Below, in pieces: positions 49,921 to 62,778 of a DNA stretch of 64,000 nt. Origin of the DNA: Hydrolagus affinis (taxonomy: Eukaryota); the NCBI GenBank assembly GCA_012026655.1, contig JAAILG010000903.1, positions 1 through 64,000 of the forward strand, given 5' to 3'. The first letter of the stretch is position 1. Every line of letters begins with the position of its first letter. The translations under genes were made by a program, and so were the position numbers. Under the pieces are notes generated by a model, which saw only the letters and a program-made list of their open reading frames with translations, did no database searches and was not told the origin of the DNA.

Positions 49921-50624
49921 TTTTAAGGGAACAGAAAGAAAGCTTGCAAACCTTAGGGCTTTTTCTGAGCAGGCAACATCTCAATTTGACATTGGATACC
50001 CATCTGAAAAAGTGCTCCTAGATTTAAGCATTTAATAGCAATTTAATTGATCTGGAGTCACAAAAAAGACACGAGTTAAAGCTGCAGATGGAATTCAGCT
50101 CCTAGAGGAACTATGAAATTAAAAGTGGAAGTCAATACCCTACATTGAGTGATTGACTGTGTATGGACGAAGGTTGATGATTGCAATTGAAATTCAAAGG
50201 CGAGTTATTGCTAATAAGATTTATAGGAAGTAAAAATGTGAGACACTCACACACCATGGATGGGAAAGAATAATAAGGGGAAGTTGAAAATGCATAACAG
50301 TATTAGTTGACTTGTTTATCATCCCCAAACAGTATGCTGCAGCAATACTAAAAAAAACACACAATGGCTACATTATCAAGATTCTTTCAGTTTGGACCCT
50401 GCTTGATACAGCATCCGATCACTATGTTGAGACATCCCAAAAAGCTTCACAAAATATTGTGTAAAGTGGATGGACGAAAGTGGACAAAAGGGGGCAGCCA
50501 ATTGCAGACATCAGTATCTAACAACCAGTCATGGATTGAGTGATCAAATAATTCAGAAGTTTAGCGTATTCTGTGCAGTGCTCTGGTCAGAAAGTTAATT
50601 TGATTTAGTTATCTGTTAAGATAC

Positions 50625-51830
50625 AGATAATTGGGGGTCTGTACCAGGACTTCGTATATATTAATGACCTGGAGTCACAGATCCAGCGTAAGATAAACTT
50701 GAACAGAACACCAAAGTGGAGGGATTTGTGGAAAGAGAGGAAGCAGCATAGGTTCTATAAAAAGACTTTGATGGTTTATGTACATGGGCCAATAACTAGT
50801 AAATAATGTTTAATACAGATAAATACAAGGTACTGCATATAGGATCCAAGAATAGGAGACACAAGTACTTCATGGATGGGATAGAATCTGCTAAAGGAGT
50901 AGCTGAAAAAGATCCAAGGGTGTTAGTTGACTTGTCCACAATGTAAAAGGTAGCAATAAACAAGGCACACATTGAGACTAACAGCTCAATGCAGACCATA
51001 TTGCTAAATCAGTTGCTTTTAAATCCCTAGATATATGTTCTGGACAGAATGCACCTGGAGTATTGCATACAACACTGGTCACCATAACGTAAGGGAATGG
51101 CCAGTCTCTCTGCTTCTTTGGCAGTACAGAGGACAGCAATGAGGATGATCTCAAATGTTAGAGGAAGGACAAACTACAGCTCTCCAGTCTTGAGAGAAGA
51201 CATCTCAGAGGGGACATAATAATAATCTTTGCATTTAATATATAATTTTACACGTCTTCTAGGCGTCTTAAAGTGCTTCACAGAATATACTGTTAAATGA
51301 ATTGACTACATATATGTGGGCAAAACACAGCAGCCAATTAGGCACAGTAGTGTCCCACAAATGGTCTGGGATTCAAATGACCAATTTATTATCGTGTTTT
51401 TTTTTTTAGGGATTATTATTAGGAGTGTGAAGTAAGGCAACTTGCCCAAGGTTTCACGCTGCTTTGGAATTTAATCCAAGTCTCCGTTTGTAAGGTGAGT
51501 GCTCTAAGCCCCGAGCTACAAGATTCCATCATGGAGATATATAAAAATTTTAATTGGATTGAAGCAAACACAGACTACTATTTTAGAATGCATCAACACA
51601 CAAAGACATGGGTTGCGAATGACAATTTCAAGACATATATCAGGACATGTTTCTTTATTCATAGGTACACAACCACTGGAACAGATCGCCAAGAAAGGTG
51701 CTAAAAATTAGGACACTGGACTCATTTAAAAAGCAGCTTGATGATGTGACAAGGGATGGTAGGGTGAGTGTTCTGGAAGAATGAGATTGGATAGGCCAAA
51801 GAGCCTTCTTCATCCAAACAAATTTTGATT
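50625..51830 (+). mobile_element. Degenerate CR1 (RT to 3' tail) with a nested SINE
   Basis: YINDL, FNTDKYKVLHIG, EKDPRVLVD, HLEYCIQHWSP, SLERRHLRGD; tail gccaaagagccttcttcatc. Confidence 0.85.
51216..51522 (-). mobile_element. Young tRNA/Deu SINE inserted in CR1
   Basis: (AAT)n tail through head gagctac; interrupts the CR1 frame after agaggggacat. Confidence 0.9.
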
Positions 51831-53624
51831 CTAGATCTGGAGCATTGTGTGCAATTGTGGTTATTGTGATATAAATAATCTAGCAAGGCCTTAGAAGCAA
51901 TAAATGGAAAGTCATGAGGCTGATAACAACAACCACACTTATATAGCACTCTTCACATACAGTAGCACTTCGGAAAGCATGCAATGTCTTGGAACACTTA
52001 TCCCCAATGCAAGAAAGATGGGTTTTATAAGATATAAGATAAACTTGGGCTCTTCATTCTCAAAATAAACATGTCAGAAGTGAATGTACAGAGGTAAATA
52101 AGATATTTATAGAAGTAAACGAGTTACTTAATGGGACAAAGTTAAACAATTACTAAAACAATTGGAACAACAACTTGCATTTATATGTGCAAGCAGAGTA
52201 GCCTTGTGAAGCACTTAAAATATTTTCAGACACATCACGGAAGTAGGATAAGAGGCTCCAGGCTCATAGTTTTGAGGGTCAAGAACAACACAGTTATGAG
52301 TATTGCTTTACATTGAGGGTGATCAACAGCTAGAACATGTGGTCAGGGTTGAAGCCAAACTTATGGGAATTAAGGAACTGCTAGACTTGGGAGAGGTGAT
52401 GTAGCAACATCACTGATGTTAATTAACAGATATGAAGTGACTGAAATGATCATCAAAAATATCGATTCCAATTTTAAAGAGGTAAGCAAATCTTACAACA
52501 CAACTTTATCACACATCCGTTGCTATTGTTTCACACCCATAAATGGAAACTTATTGAATTGTAACTATATCCAAATTAATTACTTCACCGAGACCTTCAT
52601 TTTATAGAAAACTCTCAGTAGATCGTAACATCTGAGATGGATAGAAGCAAACAGAAGCAAAAGGGTTCAGATGGACAATCAGTTACATGCTTATTTTGTT
52701 TTAAATTTAATTTACTTACCCAGGTCTCCAATTCCCAACCCAAAAGCTGCTCATTCACCATTTGTGGTATTCACTGGTTATACAAGTGTAATTTTGTTGT
52801 TTATGTTGTTTGTGACTGCTATAAGTTAAGGATAAGGACTGAGTTGAATATTTAATTTTAAAAAGCCTTGCATCGGAGAGGTTTTGATTCATTCTATGAA
52901 CACAAAGAATATTCTGTCCTCTAAATTCAGTCTGAAGGAAACAGGTCAAGGCTATGGTCTTATGTTGAGTTAGCTGACATTTTTCAGAAATCAATGACAT
53001 TTCTGCTTTTTTTCCCCTTTCCCGAAATTACTTTGAATTCCAAAATGACCCAGTTATTTCCAAAATAGTCTAATATAAACAAAATGAATGTCAACATTGA
53101 ATACAGAAAGTACCAAAAATTCCCTGTGGTAGTTTCAAACTGAATTTCAATCCAAACTGAAAACACTATCCTTCAGCCACAGTCTGTTTGATCAACTGGA
53201 AGCTTGCTGGTCAGTGCTAATTTTTCTCCTGGCCTCTGTACATTCTCCAGCTGTCAGAACTCAACCAGCTGAGGTGAGTGACTGGACCACCTGAGGATTT
53301 GAAACACAACCAACAAACCCTCAGCTTCCAGCACACTGAAGGGAAGTAACAGTAATGATCTGATCTGGCTTGTTTAAGGAATGAATACTGCAAAGCTTTA
53401 CAAACAAAAAAGTACAGCATAGAAACAAGCTATTTGGCCCAACCAGTCCATCCTGGTATTTATTCCAGGCCATTTAGTCCAACCAGTCAGTGCTGGAGTT
53501 TATACTATTGTATATCCAAGACTCAGTTCACTCCTTACTTCTCTCCTATATTCTTCTACTCCATTTTGACTTTCAAAATACACTATCACTTCACTTCACA
53601 GTATATTCTATATACAACAATAAT

Positions 53625-53878
53625 CTCCACCAAAAAACAATAATTAAATTGGTCATTTCAATCCATGACTGTTTGTGGGACACTGCTGTGCGCAATTGGC
53701 TTCCATGTTTCACCCACAAGTATACAGTCAATTCTCTTTATATTCTGTGAAATGCTTTGAGACATCTAGAAAATGTGAAAAATGCTATATCAAAATGCAA
53801 GGATTATTATAATTATATTCTGTGAAGCTCTTTGAGTCGTTTTATGATAAGATGCTATATCAAATGCAAGGATTATTA
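53625..53878 (+). mobile_element. Young SINE 3' half with a duplicated tail
   Basis: Deu block, then two successive tattctgtgaa...tgctatatcaaa(a)tgcaaggattatt ends. Confidence 0.85.
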
Positions 53879-54254
53879 ATTGTTCCTTTCTCCCTCAGGT
53901 GGAAGTTTAGCTTCCTCTTGAATGTATCCGTACTATCTATATTATTGGGTGAGAGAACCTATGTGCAATGGCAAAGCATGTATGTCCATGCTTCTTGAGA
54001 TGTTAAATTCACGGTCTCATGAATAGATAGAGGTGAGGCATTTAATTCCAAGGAGAACCTTTACAAATTGAAATGTGTTTACAACTAAACGATTAGTGAA
54101 AGTGATATTGGGTTTATATGTGAACACCATTTCAAACCAGAAATGAAATTATAATCTGAAATTCCCTCAAATACAACTCTTATTTAATATACCAGGATAA
54201 TCCAGTCCATACGACTAGGGTGGCAATTTTCTGCCACTTGACAGCAATTGTAGC

Positions 54255-54325
54255 AATTCAGCGCCTTGGGACGTCCTCCCGACGTGAAAGGCGCTCTACA
54301 AATGTAATTTGTTGTTGTTGTTGTA
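54255..54325 (+). mobile_element. Minimal L2 3' tail (subfamily B) with intact stem-loop
   Basis: gcgccttgggacgtcctcccgacgtgaaaggcgc followed by (GTT)n. Confidence 0.9.
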
Positions 54326-55449
54326 GTGAGCAAAGAATGCAATGTAACACACATATTGATAGCAAATCTCACACATGCTAATGTTTCCTTTCTTATGTTA
54401 ATTACAATCACATAAAGGGTGGGGTTTGGCGAGGGGGTGGGTGGGGGGAATTACAAGTTTTCAAGCTTGTGGACTACTTTAAATTAGTGAATGCCAAGGC
54501 CATTGGTGAATGTCATGCAGTTATAGCCTATGGGGGAAAATGTAAATTTACCTCAATGCCAGAAAAAGTACCTGAGGACTTAAGGTCTCTTCCCAAAGAA
54601 CACCATTTACGTCACCATGACTTGCAAAACCTAAGGTCCATCCCAAGATCATCTGTTTTGTTTGGCATCAAGACATTATTTACATGGCTCTTTCCTGAAA
54701 GGATTTTTTAAACCTTACAGTTAGTAACCTTATCAAAAAGAAACATAAACCCTTTGGCGTTACATCAGAAATTTGGCTTAACATTGTAGAAATTGAATAG
54801 TTTTTAAATATGAAATGATTATATTTTATCAAATCATGTTACAGTATCATAAAAAAAGCGCTAGTTATTTTTTATAACTTTCCAAGCTTTTTTGTTCTGA
54901 AAACAAGGAAGTGGAGATTGTGCATTGGCCTCATACACTGCATTTACAAGAAAATAAAAACCTTTGCAATAATCTACTGCGCTTACTTAAAAATCAAGAA
55001 TATATTTCTAATTTCCAACGTGCCTTGGCAATTATTACTCCAATCCAGCTATGGGAAAACCAATTGAGGACATGAAGCTTCATTAACAGACTTAATTATC
55101 ACAAGGCTGGATACGGGGTGGGAGAATTAAGTGTGTCAGCATTTCACTGGTTAGATGTGGCAGTCAGCTCAGAGACGCTGGTAATAATGGTAGCAATGGA
55201 ATCGGAGAGACAGCTAACATCCGCTACTCCTCAAAAAGGCTAATAGCAACTCGTTGAGAGGTAATATTTTAGGACAGACATAAGGACACAATTCTTTCCC
55301 CGGAGGGTATTAACAACTGAAATAGATCACCACGAAAGATGGTTGAAGTCAGGTTGCTCCACTCATCCTAGGTTGAAGAATGCATTATACTCATTGTGTG
55401 ATCTTGTAAGAATGTATTTGCAATTTAAATTTCAAATACAGTTTGTGAT

Positions 55450-55850
55450 CCGAGCTAGCTCCAACGTGATAAGCATGACAATGGAAAGTCTTGACAATGG
55501 AATCGGATTGCCTCTCTGTGGCAATTTCAATGGACCGGTTACCAAGTCATGCATGTCCGCAGTATGCTAAGGCATTGGCATTACTTGGGGACAGCTGCAA
55601 ATGTAACTATGTTGCACTCAGTCTGCATACAAGGAACATGAGAAACCCTATTAGAAACCCTGAGGCATCCCAATTAATGTCTCCCTCATTTTGACCTAAC
55701 AACTGCTCTCTGGTTTTTTCTCTTCAGGCAATTTCAAATCCACGAGTATGTCTTGCCCTTGATACCCAGTGAAATCGATTTTTGAAAGTATCTTTCATGT
55801 GGTACTTTGTCAAAGGTGTTTTGGATGTCATTATACAGCTTCCCATCAGT
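55450..55850 (-). mobile_element. Degenerate CR1 RT fragment
   Basis: Minus translation YNDIQNTFDKVPHERY resembles CR1 YLDFxKAFDKVPHxRL. Confidence 0.65.
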
Positions 55851-56667
55851 AAGAGTGGCATGTCACCTGCTAAAAACTATTCTGTCAAACTGGTCAGAGA
55901 AATAATTTGGTTACACAATTTGAGTGACAGTCAACTCTGGCACATTAACCCGTGATCATATTCCAATGAAATCTGTCATCACAAAGTTATTCTGAGTTTC
56001 AACCAATATACAGGGAAGAAATCCTACTTGGTCTATTTTCTTAAATCTTTCAGAGAACTTGGCAAATAGTTTAATTCAGCCTTAACACTGAAATCATTTT
56101 TTATTTAACTCTTAAAATAACTTACAGAAAATCAACTTCAAACTAAAGGTTATTTAAGATTTGACAATTTCTAGCTAAGCACTCTGAAAAGCTAAGGAAA
56201 TAAGAGTAAATCCAGATGCAGGTATAATTTCTCCCCTGTAGTCCTTTAAGTACCTTACCCTGCTAAGACTGGTGCATTGTTGAACAAATTATATCAGATC
56301 AATGTGCCACAAGGGACTGCTCCTATTTCCCTAGTCCCATTCATTCCACTGCAAGGTTATGAAAAATATTAGTTTTGCACTCTAGCAGAAATTGGGAAAT
56401 TTAATGCATATTCTTTGTCAGCAGGCACTGCTTAATTGTTTTCCTCCAGGGAGTGGAGAGGGGAGGTAAGCAAGGTCTTCTGAGAACTGAACTGGCTCCA
56501 AGGTGACATGTTTAATAATGGAATGTCAGAATCAAGCCTCTGTGATGGTCTTGTTAGACCATTTCCTGAGCCAAATCAGTCCATAGTACTTCATAGTTCT
56601 GCTGATTATAGCTGAGGCAGTTTGGCTTATCGGCAGGACTTGGAAGTGCAGACCAGTCATTGTGTGT

Positions 56668-57005
56668 AGGGATTCTTCCCACTCAGCTCCCCTGCAAGCC
56701 AAAGCCCTCTAACAGGGGTGGAGTTGCACAATGTTCTAAGATTCCTGATGCTCACTCAATGTATAAATTACTTAGAGGAGAATGTTTCTTCCAGATGAAG
56801 CCTGGACAAGCAGCGGGGAAGCTTCCCAGAAGTTCTTTCAATGACAAGCTATGTGGTTTTAGGTTAGTTAGAAAACTGCCCCTTTTCATCCATACATTAA
56901 AAAGTACCCAGAAACACTAGAGTTTACAGAATCCTTCAAATCAGTCAGGCACTTTACTGATCTGTGTATGTAACAAGCCCATATCTTGCATCCACCAGGG
57001 AAGTA
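56668..57005. repeat. Unclassified dispersed repeat, copy C
   Basis: agggattcttcccactcagctcccctgcaagccaaag...ctggacaagcag...caagctatgtggttttag. Confidence 0.65.
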
Positions 57006-57734
57006 ATTTACAATTCTTCTGTTCCGTATTGTACAAACAATTTTACTTCTGCATATCGTTTTTTTGAAACTTCTAAAATAAGAAGTCATTTTTAAAAATA
57101 AAATAGAAACCATCAATACCTAATCAACTTGGGATTTTCTCCTGAAGAAAAGGCACTGATAAATAAAAATGTGTATTGTATGCCATTTATGGAATAATGT
57201 AATAAACATCTGAATTTATCATAGAGAAAGCAGAATTGCAGTGAACTTCAAAAAAGGATATACTTCAATATGTTAAAAATACATCTTACTGTAAATTTAT
57301 AATCCAAGTAAATGGGGTGGGGGAGGCTAATCTGTTTCATTCGTTCAATTTAGGGAACTAACTGTGCACTAGATTATTCTGTGCTGTTCATGGATGCAGA
57401 GAGCTTTTTGCTTCTGGGGTGTAAACTTGGGTAATTTCCATTGAGGTTTCTTATTAAAGGCTCTGGATGCCACAAATCGCATTTAGTCTTTAGTCTGTAA
57501 GGTCATTTTGTCTTAAACCTTTAAACTGTGTTAGACTTGGGAAAATTCTTAAATTTGTTTTTTTATTTGGAGTTTCTTGCAGTTTCCATAAAAGGAATGT
57601 AATAAGTAGAGGATACATACACCTGGTTAAAGTGAACACAATTAATGGCAGATTAACCAATTGAACTGAAACTTGTCTGAACAAAAGAAAGTTAATGGTG
57701 ATAATGAATGGAAACTGCACTTTCTGGAGGAAGT

Positions 57735-57735
57735 G

Positions 57736-57783
<48 letters not shown>

Positions 57784-57830
57784 CTTCCATTTATATATTT
57801 CACGTCGAGGGGACATCCCAAAGCACTGAT
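57735..57830 (-). mobile_element. L2 3' tail with (GATT)n microsatellite
   Basis: (AATC)n at about 57736-57780 followed by catttatatatttcacgtcgaggggacatcccaaagc. Confidence 0.85.
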
Positions 57831-59419
57831 GGTGGAGTTCTGCAATGTTTTAAGATTCCTGATTCTCATGCAATTTATAAATGATCTGAAGGAAAATGTT
57901 TCTCCCAAATTAAGTCTAGATTTAAAAATTGTCCATAATTCTGCAAAAAAAAAGGTCTTATAAGAGCAAGCGGATTTTGGACTGTGATTCACATAAAGAC
58001 TCTTTCTAGTAACCTGAATTGTGACTTGGCACGGGAAACCTATAACTCCACTTAGGAAGGAGATCATGACCGGATGAAGATCCTTCCAGTTATGGGTGAC
58101 ATGGTTCCAATTACAAAAAGCAATCCCTATTTGATATTCAGATTCCTTATTTAAAGAAATTGTTTTGCCCAGAAAATAGTCAATTCACTTTACAGGATAT
58201 TCTGTGAAGCGCTTTGAGACGTCTCGAAGACACGATGAGATGCTATATAAAAATGCAAGGATTATTATTAAAAAATTCTGTTATAAATGGCTGCAAAGTA
58301 GTGTGCTTATGGTAAAATTTCACATTTATGGTTTAATATCTATAATTTAATCAGTTATTCATTATGTAGCTGTTTTGCCACTTTACATTTTCTAATTTAA
58401 TTTTGTTAAACTGAATTAGTTATATAAACACAAACAGCAAATTCACTACATTTAGCAAGCGCTTGAACTCCACTGTATTCTGCAATGCAAAGTCTTGCCT
58501 GAACAATCTGTCGTGCATGAGATTCTAATAGTTTTTAATCTTTAGTTATTTAGAGGGTCAAATGTGACTAACCTCTAATAACAGAATGCATATACTGGAA
58601 TTGGTCTGATTATGTCAATCATTTCAACATCTCTGTATTTACAGTTTGCAACTGGTTCCAGATTTTTCTTTCAATTTATGCCAGTTCACAGATTTTTTTT
58701 ACCTCCTCCTCCTAGTATAAACAACAGCTTACAGATGCCATGCATGTATGCTTATCAACAGCAATGTTAAAAGTGAACTTACCAGTTCTACTCTTCATCC
58801 TGTTCTATGAGAGAGGTTCATACTGTGGAATGCTTGTGACTAACAGGACTGATGAGGACTTTCTGTCTGCTGTTGTTTTGAGTAACTACCAGAGGAAGTG
58901 GTTTGTTGACGCCAATAGCCATCCTTACTGTGTCACTACCACCCCCACCCCCCTCACTGCACAGAGCACCAGATGGTAACAGAATTTAGTATTCCAGGAG
59001 CATTCTATCCTACATATTCATTTTCTGCTACAGTTATAGAGAGTAGTTATAGGTCAGTCTGTCAGTACATGTAAAGTAAGTTAGAGTTAAATGCCACTTA
59101 GTATCTGTTCATCATGAGGTTCTGCTTTATTCGAGTATAACCTTATTAATATCAGTTGTAGATAAGGAGCTGGACAAAGATCACAGTTATAATCTGTCAC
59201 TGCTTCTTTGGGTTTGGAGAATCATGTTCAGCCAGGTTCATCACATTTAACTGATGAAAAAATTGATTCATAATATGACATCATATTAAATAATTTCATG
59301 ATGAAAAGAAAGCAACACTTCCTTTAAATAAGGATTCTGAAAAGTTACATTTCCTTCTATCTCGTAAGCTTCATTTGCTAAAGCCATCACCCAGTGTGAA
59401 TCTCTTTCACAAGAATTGC

Positions 59420-59700
59420 AAAAGCCCAGCTTTTAAGCCTAGATTCATGCTAAGTTAGCTTAGCTTGGCAATGATAAAGATGTTATGATTGGTTCAAGGT
59501 CCCTGGTCTTAGGAAAGAAAAATAAGCAAAGTTCCCTCTCCTGAACGGTATCCAGCAAAAGCAAAATGATGCATGGATGGAAGTCAGATAAAGAAAAGAT
59601 GAGCATTTTGATCTTGGCTTACCCATGAAAATGACCACTTGGAAGGTTACCAGTGGTCAATGCACCAGTATGAGTCATTGATTGAAAGAGGAAGAGGTAC
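59420..59700 (+). mobile_element. Ancient tRNA-SINE, AmnSINE2-like, second copy
   Basis: tgctaagttagct...attggttcaaggtccctgg...aaaaataagc...ctcctgaacggtatccag...tgaccacttgg. Confidence 0.5.
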
Positions 59701-60639
59701 CACTGGAAAATGTGCTTCAGAAAGTTTTGTTATTATTTTAGTTTGGTCATTAAGCCTCAACCTCTGCAGCTCTCTGCCATTAAAACCCACCACTTAGATC
59801 ATATCTGTGGTCACTTTACTCCCCATCCCTTCCACCTCACTCAGGTCCAATCCTGGTCGACTGTGAAGCACTCTGAAATGTTATCCTATATGAAAGATGC
59901 TATATAAATGCAATATTGAAGCAGGATCCATATCAGCTTTACAAAAGGGTACCAGATAGATATCTAAAATGGAGTCATTTGCAGGGGAAAGTCAGGATTC
60001 CTCTTACAAAGAGCCAGCACAGACACAATTTGTGGCCTGCACAAATGTTCTGTGTTCATGGGGAGTGTGAATAAAGTAAGAGAAAGTCAAGTTAACAGAG
60101 AAAGATTGTAATGAGCAGTGAGAGAGATTATAGAAAGATAGGCAAGTAAGTTAATTTCCCCCTCTCCAAGCAACAGAGCATTCACTAGTTTAAAAAGAAA
60201 GCAGCAGCCAGATACTGACATCCATAGCTTTCTGTAGCTGTACATCTTTCTTTGTCAGGAGGTGCCAGAACAGCCAGTTACCATGCTGGTTACAAATGGT
60301 CTATCAAGCAGCTGTGACAACAGGTGTCCCTAACACACTATATTTGCTGAACAGAGAATGGAGTTAATGAAAAACATATGTTGAAATTCATGGATAAATC
60401 AATTCCCTTATAGACAACAACAACAACCACCACAACAACAAAATTACATTAATAGAGTGCCTTTCACGTTGGGAGGGCATCCCTGAACAGTCAGGTCGGG
60501 ACCTGAGCAAGGGGGAGGGGCAGAGTAGAATAGACATTCATCAATCAGTATTCTTTCCATCAACCTGTTGCGTGGTCAGGAATTGGCCAGTGTAGATGTC
60601 ATTTGAATATTTTGTACGGTAATTGGTACATATTCCAGC

Positions 60640-61090
60640 TAGTGTGTAAGTCTGCCCTCAGTTTGTTGCACTCTCACTTGATACAGAAGATTCTAGTTCA
60701 AGCCCCAAGTTGGGACTTTAAACTCATATAATCAAGATTGATGGTCCAATGCAATGCTGGTTGTTGTGCTGCATTATTGGAGGTACTATTTTTCAGATTG
60801 GATGTTAAATTGAGAGTTAATCTGCCTGTTCAGGTGGATGAAAAAGATTCCATGCCATTTTTTGGTAAGAGAAGGGAATTTCTCCCAATGTCCTAGCCAC
60901 CAATCCCTCAAATAAAATTGGTCATTCACTCAATGGCTATTTGTGTGACATTGCCGTGCACAAATTAGATTTAATGACTACCTGTTGCATTCACCTACAA
61001 GTACAATTTGCAGTAAAATGCTGTGAAATGCTTTGAGATATCTCAAGAATGTGAAAGGCACTATATCAAATATAAGGATTGTCATTACTG
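60640..61090 (+). mobile_element. Old full-length Deu-SINE
   Basis: ctcagtt...cactctcac...cagaagattctagttcaagcccc head; ctgcctgttcaggtggatgaaaaagattccatg; tail aaggcactatatcaaat. Confidence 0.8.
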
Positions 61091-61112
61091 TGAAAGTTGG
61101 GCAGAGCAAATA

Positions 61113-61330
61113 TTAATAATAATAATCCTTGCATTTGATCCTTGCATCATTGCTTTTCACATCTTATTGAAACGCTTCACAGAATATACTGTAAAGTAAA
61201 TTGACTGTATATTTGTGGGCGAGATGTGGTAGCCAATTGCGCACAGCAGTGTCCCACAAACAGTCGTGGATTGAAAATGACCAATTTTGTTTATTACTGT
61301 GGGGGGGTTTTGGACGGATTATGATTATTA
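61113..61330 (-). mobile_element. Young SINE, 3' half
   Basis: ccaattgcgcacagcagtgtcccacaaacagtcgtggattgaaa. Confidence 0.9.
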
Positions 61331-62159
61331 CCTCTTAACCGATAAGTGGGGAAACTAAAACAATTAGATTCCTCAATAATAACAACAACATTACATTTGT
61401 ATAGCACCTTTCATGTCAGGAGGCCATCCTAAGGCGCTGAACAGTCAGGTCGGGACCCGAGCAAGGGGGATATCAATCATGATAGTGTCAAAAACCTGAG
61501 GTGATAACTTTGAACAAACAGCCAGAAGTTTTTGATTTCTGCAATCTTCTGATCTTCTGTGTGTGTTGTGGGGTGGGGGGGACTGGGGCAGGTGGTGTGA
61601 TAGCTAGAGTTATTGAAAGGTGATGGCAATATTGAAGTTGAATGCTGCAGTCACAAACATTGGCATCAACAGAGTATTTGTGGTATAATGGTGACACGCC
61701 AAATTCACTTGTAACTCTGGTCATACAGCATTTAGTCATTAAATCTAAATCCCTGAAAACAGTGCGCATCTGTTCAATCAATAAAACTAATGAGGTCTAT
61801 AAATCCTGCTGGGTACCTCTTCCAAAAGTGCCTAAACCAGCAATACCTTTCCACTGCTGTGAAATCTGGAAAGCAACATGAAAACAGCATCCAGAGTGTA
61901 CTCAGCTCATCCCACTGTGGACCAACAGTTCACTTTAAAAGAAAACAGCTTGTGTAAACAAAATTGCAAAGTGCTACTGTAATTTGTAATCATGCAAAAG
62001 TGTGACTATACATATAAAAAAAAAGAGAGTTCACAATATGAAATCTGCTTAGTAGTTAATATTACTAATAGAAATGTACAATTTTGCATTGTCAAAAATT
62101 TATATTTCACATCACCCAGAGGCATTGGCCACAGTTAAGAATGCCAGTACCCCTACCCC

Positions 62160-62232
62160 CAAAAATGCTATAACCCTTATATTCCCAACACCCATATGGG
62201 TTTTGGGAAGGTTGGGGTTATGGCATTTTTTG
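62160..62232. repeat. Imperfect ~73-bp palindrome/hairpin
   Basis: caaaaatgctataacccttatattcccaacacccat | atgggttttgggaaggttggggttatggcattttttg. Confidence 0.75.
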
Positions 62233-62507
62233 TCCTTCCATCTGGCTAATAACAAGCACAGGAGAAGTGCCACTTATTTCATAGCTGAAGACAGGGCTTA
62301 TTCAGTCCTGCAACAATTAACACAGTAAAAATTCTTGTTTGCAACTGATGGCAGATTTAGAAGAAAGCACTTAATTTGCAATCCATTAAATAGCATTAGT
62401 GCTACACCTTGTGTTAATGAATTATCTTGTGTTTAACACGATTTAGCGTGGCCACTAAGCAAGTAAAGAACTGCACAACAACCTGACTTCTTAATTGTCT
62501 GTCATTG

Positions 62508-62778
62508 TGGAGTTCTATAGCTCAGTGATTAGAGCACTCGCCTTACAAGCAAGAGACATGGGTTCAATTCCCGGCGGGGCGATTGTCGGATCACTTCTCC
62601 AGCGATAATAATCCCTAAAAACAACAATAATAATTTAGTGGAACACTGCTGTGCGCAATTGGCTGCTGAGTTTTACCCATAAATATATAGTAAATACAAT
62701 TTAGAGTATATTCTGTGCTTTGAGACGTCTAAAAAACATGAAATTGCTATATGAAATGCAAGGATGATTTTTATTATT
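62508..62778 (+). mobile_element. tRNA/Deu SINE with well-preserved tRNA-like head
   Basis: A box TAGCTCAGTGA (62518-62528), anticodon-like arm ctcgc-ctTACaa-gcaag, B box GGTTCAATTCC (62561-62571), then SINE body and tail. Confidence 0.9.

Noticed and set aside
58782-58830. Strong minus-strand donor CTG|GTAAGT
   Set aside because: Only a ~17-22 nt micro-exon stays open; no supporting evidence
62511-62582. tRNA-Val(TAC)-like gene
   Set aside because: Poor acceptor stem, and it runs directly into the SINE body seen in many other copies; it is a SINE head
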